The notes under the pieces: generated by a model
What the model was told of the DNA's origin: nothing
Database searches by the model: none
Seen by the model: only the letters and a program-made list of their open reading frames with translations
Part shown: in pieces, positions 62,523 through 64,000 of the stretch
Layout of the letters: every line of letters begins with the position of its first letter
How positions within the stretch are numbered: position 1 is the first letter of the stretch
NCBI GenBank assembly: GCA_038087875.1
Contig: CM075988.1
Span: 27,466,001 to 27,530,000 of the forward strand
Reading direction: 5' to 3'
Origin: Malacoraja senta
Lineage: Eukaryota
DNA length: 64,000 bases
Translations under genes and position numbers: made by a program

Positions 62523-64000
62523 TAAGAAGGAACTGCAGATGCTGGAAAATCGAAGGTAGACAAAAAGGTGAGGCAGCATCTATGGAGCGAAAGGAAATAG
62601 GCAACATTTCGGGTCGAGACCCTTCTTCAAACTGATGTGAGGGTGGGGGGGGGGGGGGGGCGGGAAGAAGAAAGGAAGAGGCGGAGAGAGTGGGCTGAGG
62701 GAGAGCTGAGGGGGAGGAGAAAGTAGGGACTACCTGAAATTAGAGAATTCAATGTTCATACCGCTGGGGTGCAAACTGCCCAAGCGAAATATGAGGTGCT
62801 GCTCCTCCAATTTACGGTGGTCCTCACTCTGGCCATGGAGGAGGCCCAGGACAGAAAGGTCGGATTCGGAATGGGAGGGGGAGTTAAAGTGCTGAGCCAC
62901 CGGGAGATCAGGTTGGTTATTGCGAACCTAGCGGAGGTGTGGGGCGAAGCGATCGCCAAGTCTACGCTTGGTCTCACCAATGTAAAGCAGCTGACATCTA
63001 GAGCAGCGGATGCAATAGATGAGGTTGGAGGGGGTGCAGGTGAACCTCTGCCGCACCTGGAAAGACTGCTTGGGTCCTTGAATGGAGTCAAGGGGGGAGG
63101 AAAAGCGACAAGTGTAGCATTTCCTGCGGTTGCAAGGGTAAGGGCCCGGAGAGGTGGTGTTTCGGGTGGGAAGGGACGAATTGACCAGGGAGTTACGGAG
63201 GGAGCGGTCTCTGCAGAAAGCAGACAGGGGAGGAGATGGGAAGATGTGGCAAATAGTGGAATCACGTTAGAGGTAACGAAAATGTCGGAGGATTATTTGT
63301 TGTATGTGACGGCTGGTAGGGTGGAAGGTGAGGACTCTGCCCTTGTTACAAGTGGGGGAATGGGGAGTGAGAGCAGAGTCATGCGGTATAGAAGAGACCC
63401 TGGTGAGAGCCTCATCTACTGTAGAAGAGGGGAACCCCCGTTCCCTGAAGAATGAGGACATCTCCGTGCCCTGGTGTGGAACATCTCATCCTGGGTGCAG
63501 ATGCGGCGCAGACAGAGGAATTGGGAGAAGGGGATGGTGTCCTTACGGGAAGCAGGGTGGGAAGAAGTGTAGTCCAGATAGCCATGGGAGTCAGTGGGTT
63601 TATAGTGGATGTCGGTCAGTAGTCTATCACCTGTGATGGAGATAGTAAGGTCAAGAAATGGTAGGGAAATGTCGGAAATGGTCCAGGTGTATTTGAGTGC
63701 CGGATGGAAGTTAGTGGTGAAATGGATGAAGTCAGTGAGTTGTGTGTGGGTACAGGAGGTAGCACCAATGCAGTCGTCGATGTAGCGGAGGTAGAGTTCG
63801 GGGATGGGGCCCCGGTACGCCTCGAACAAGGATTGTTCGACGTACCCTACAAAGAGGCAGGCATAGTTAGGGCCCATACGCGTGCCCACAGCTACATCTT
63901 GTATTTGGAGCAAATGGGAGGAGTCAAACGAAAAGTTATTAAGGGTAAGGACCAGCTCTGCTAGGCGGAGGAGAGTATCAATAGACGGGGATTGGTTGGT
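62523..64000 (-). mobile_element. Penelope-like element (Neptune-like): RT, GIY-YIG endonuclease and terminal repeat; frameshifted and continuing beyond the window
   Basis: RT motifs GTRMGPNYACLFVG and YLRYIDDC. Manual translation near 62950-63080 gives FTCTPSNLIYCIRCSRCQLLYIGETKRRLGDR, preceded by a Cys-rich linker. The terminal repeat has a degenerate hammerhead (ttgaagaagggtctcgacccgaaatgtt). Confidence 0.93.

Noticed and set aside
62769-63455. 228-aa plus-strand ORF
   Set aside because: Antisense shadow of the Penelope RT/GIY-YIG coding strand.
49058-64000. CLMP exon 1 (start codon and signal peptide)
   Set aside because: No convincing short hydrophobic ATG exon with a phase-1 donor or non-repeat CpG promoter was seen. 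It probably lies beyond the window.

Overview
Vertebrate nuclear DNA, most likely a cartilaginous fish such as a skate or ray (inferred from the V-SINE/HE1, DeuSINE, CR1 and Penelope repeat landscape). Three spliced protein-coding genes can be reconstructed by hand with GT-AG introns and consistent reading phase: the last four coding exons of REXO2 oligoribonuclease (+, 159-5402); a complete 122-aa AAMDC (+, 12997-15717, with a probable CpG promoter and non-coding first exon near 7.2-7.5 kb); and a CLMP-type CTX-family Ig adhesion molecule (-, exons 2-7, 49057-27352, exon 1 not found in the window). Almost all long ORFs in the supplied track are transposon fragments or spurious. Introns and intergenic DNA hold CR1, Rex/Babar, RTE, HERO-like and Penelope-like retroelements, tRNA-derived V-SINEs, DeuSINEs, a hAT MITE, three Harbinger-type MITEs and a non-autonomous Helitron that runs into an assembly gap (18619-18814). 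Four observations stand out. (i) About 20 short Penelope-terminus-derived repeats carry minimal hammerhead ribozyme cores, often as fold-back palindromes, and two sit inside DNA-transposon MITEs. (ii) A family of GC-rich non-coding retroposons has TSDs, and one member has an SVA-like VNTR architecture. (iii) That member contains a locally templated repair insertion. (iv) The REXO2-AAMDC-CLMP neighbourhood is unusual and the CLMP tail mixes CXADR-like and CLMP-like motifs. Repeat boundaries without TSDs or TIRs are approximate, and family names come from recalled consensus features, not database searches.
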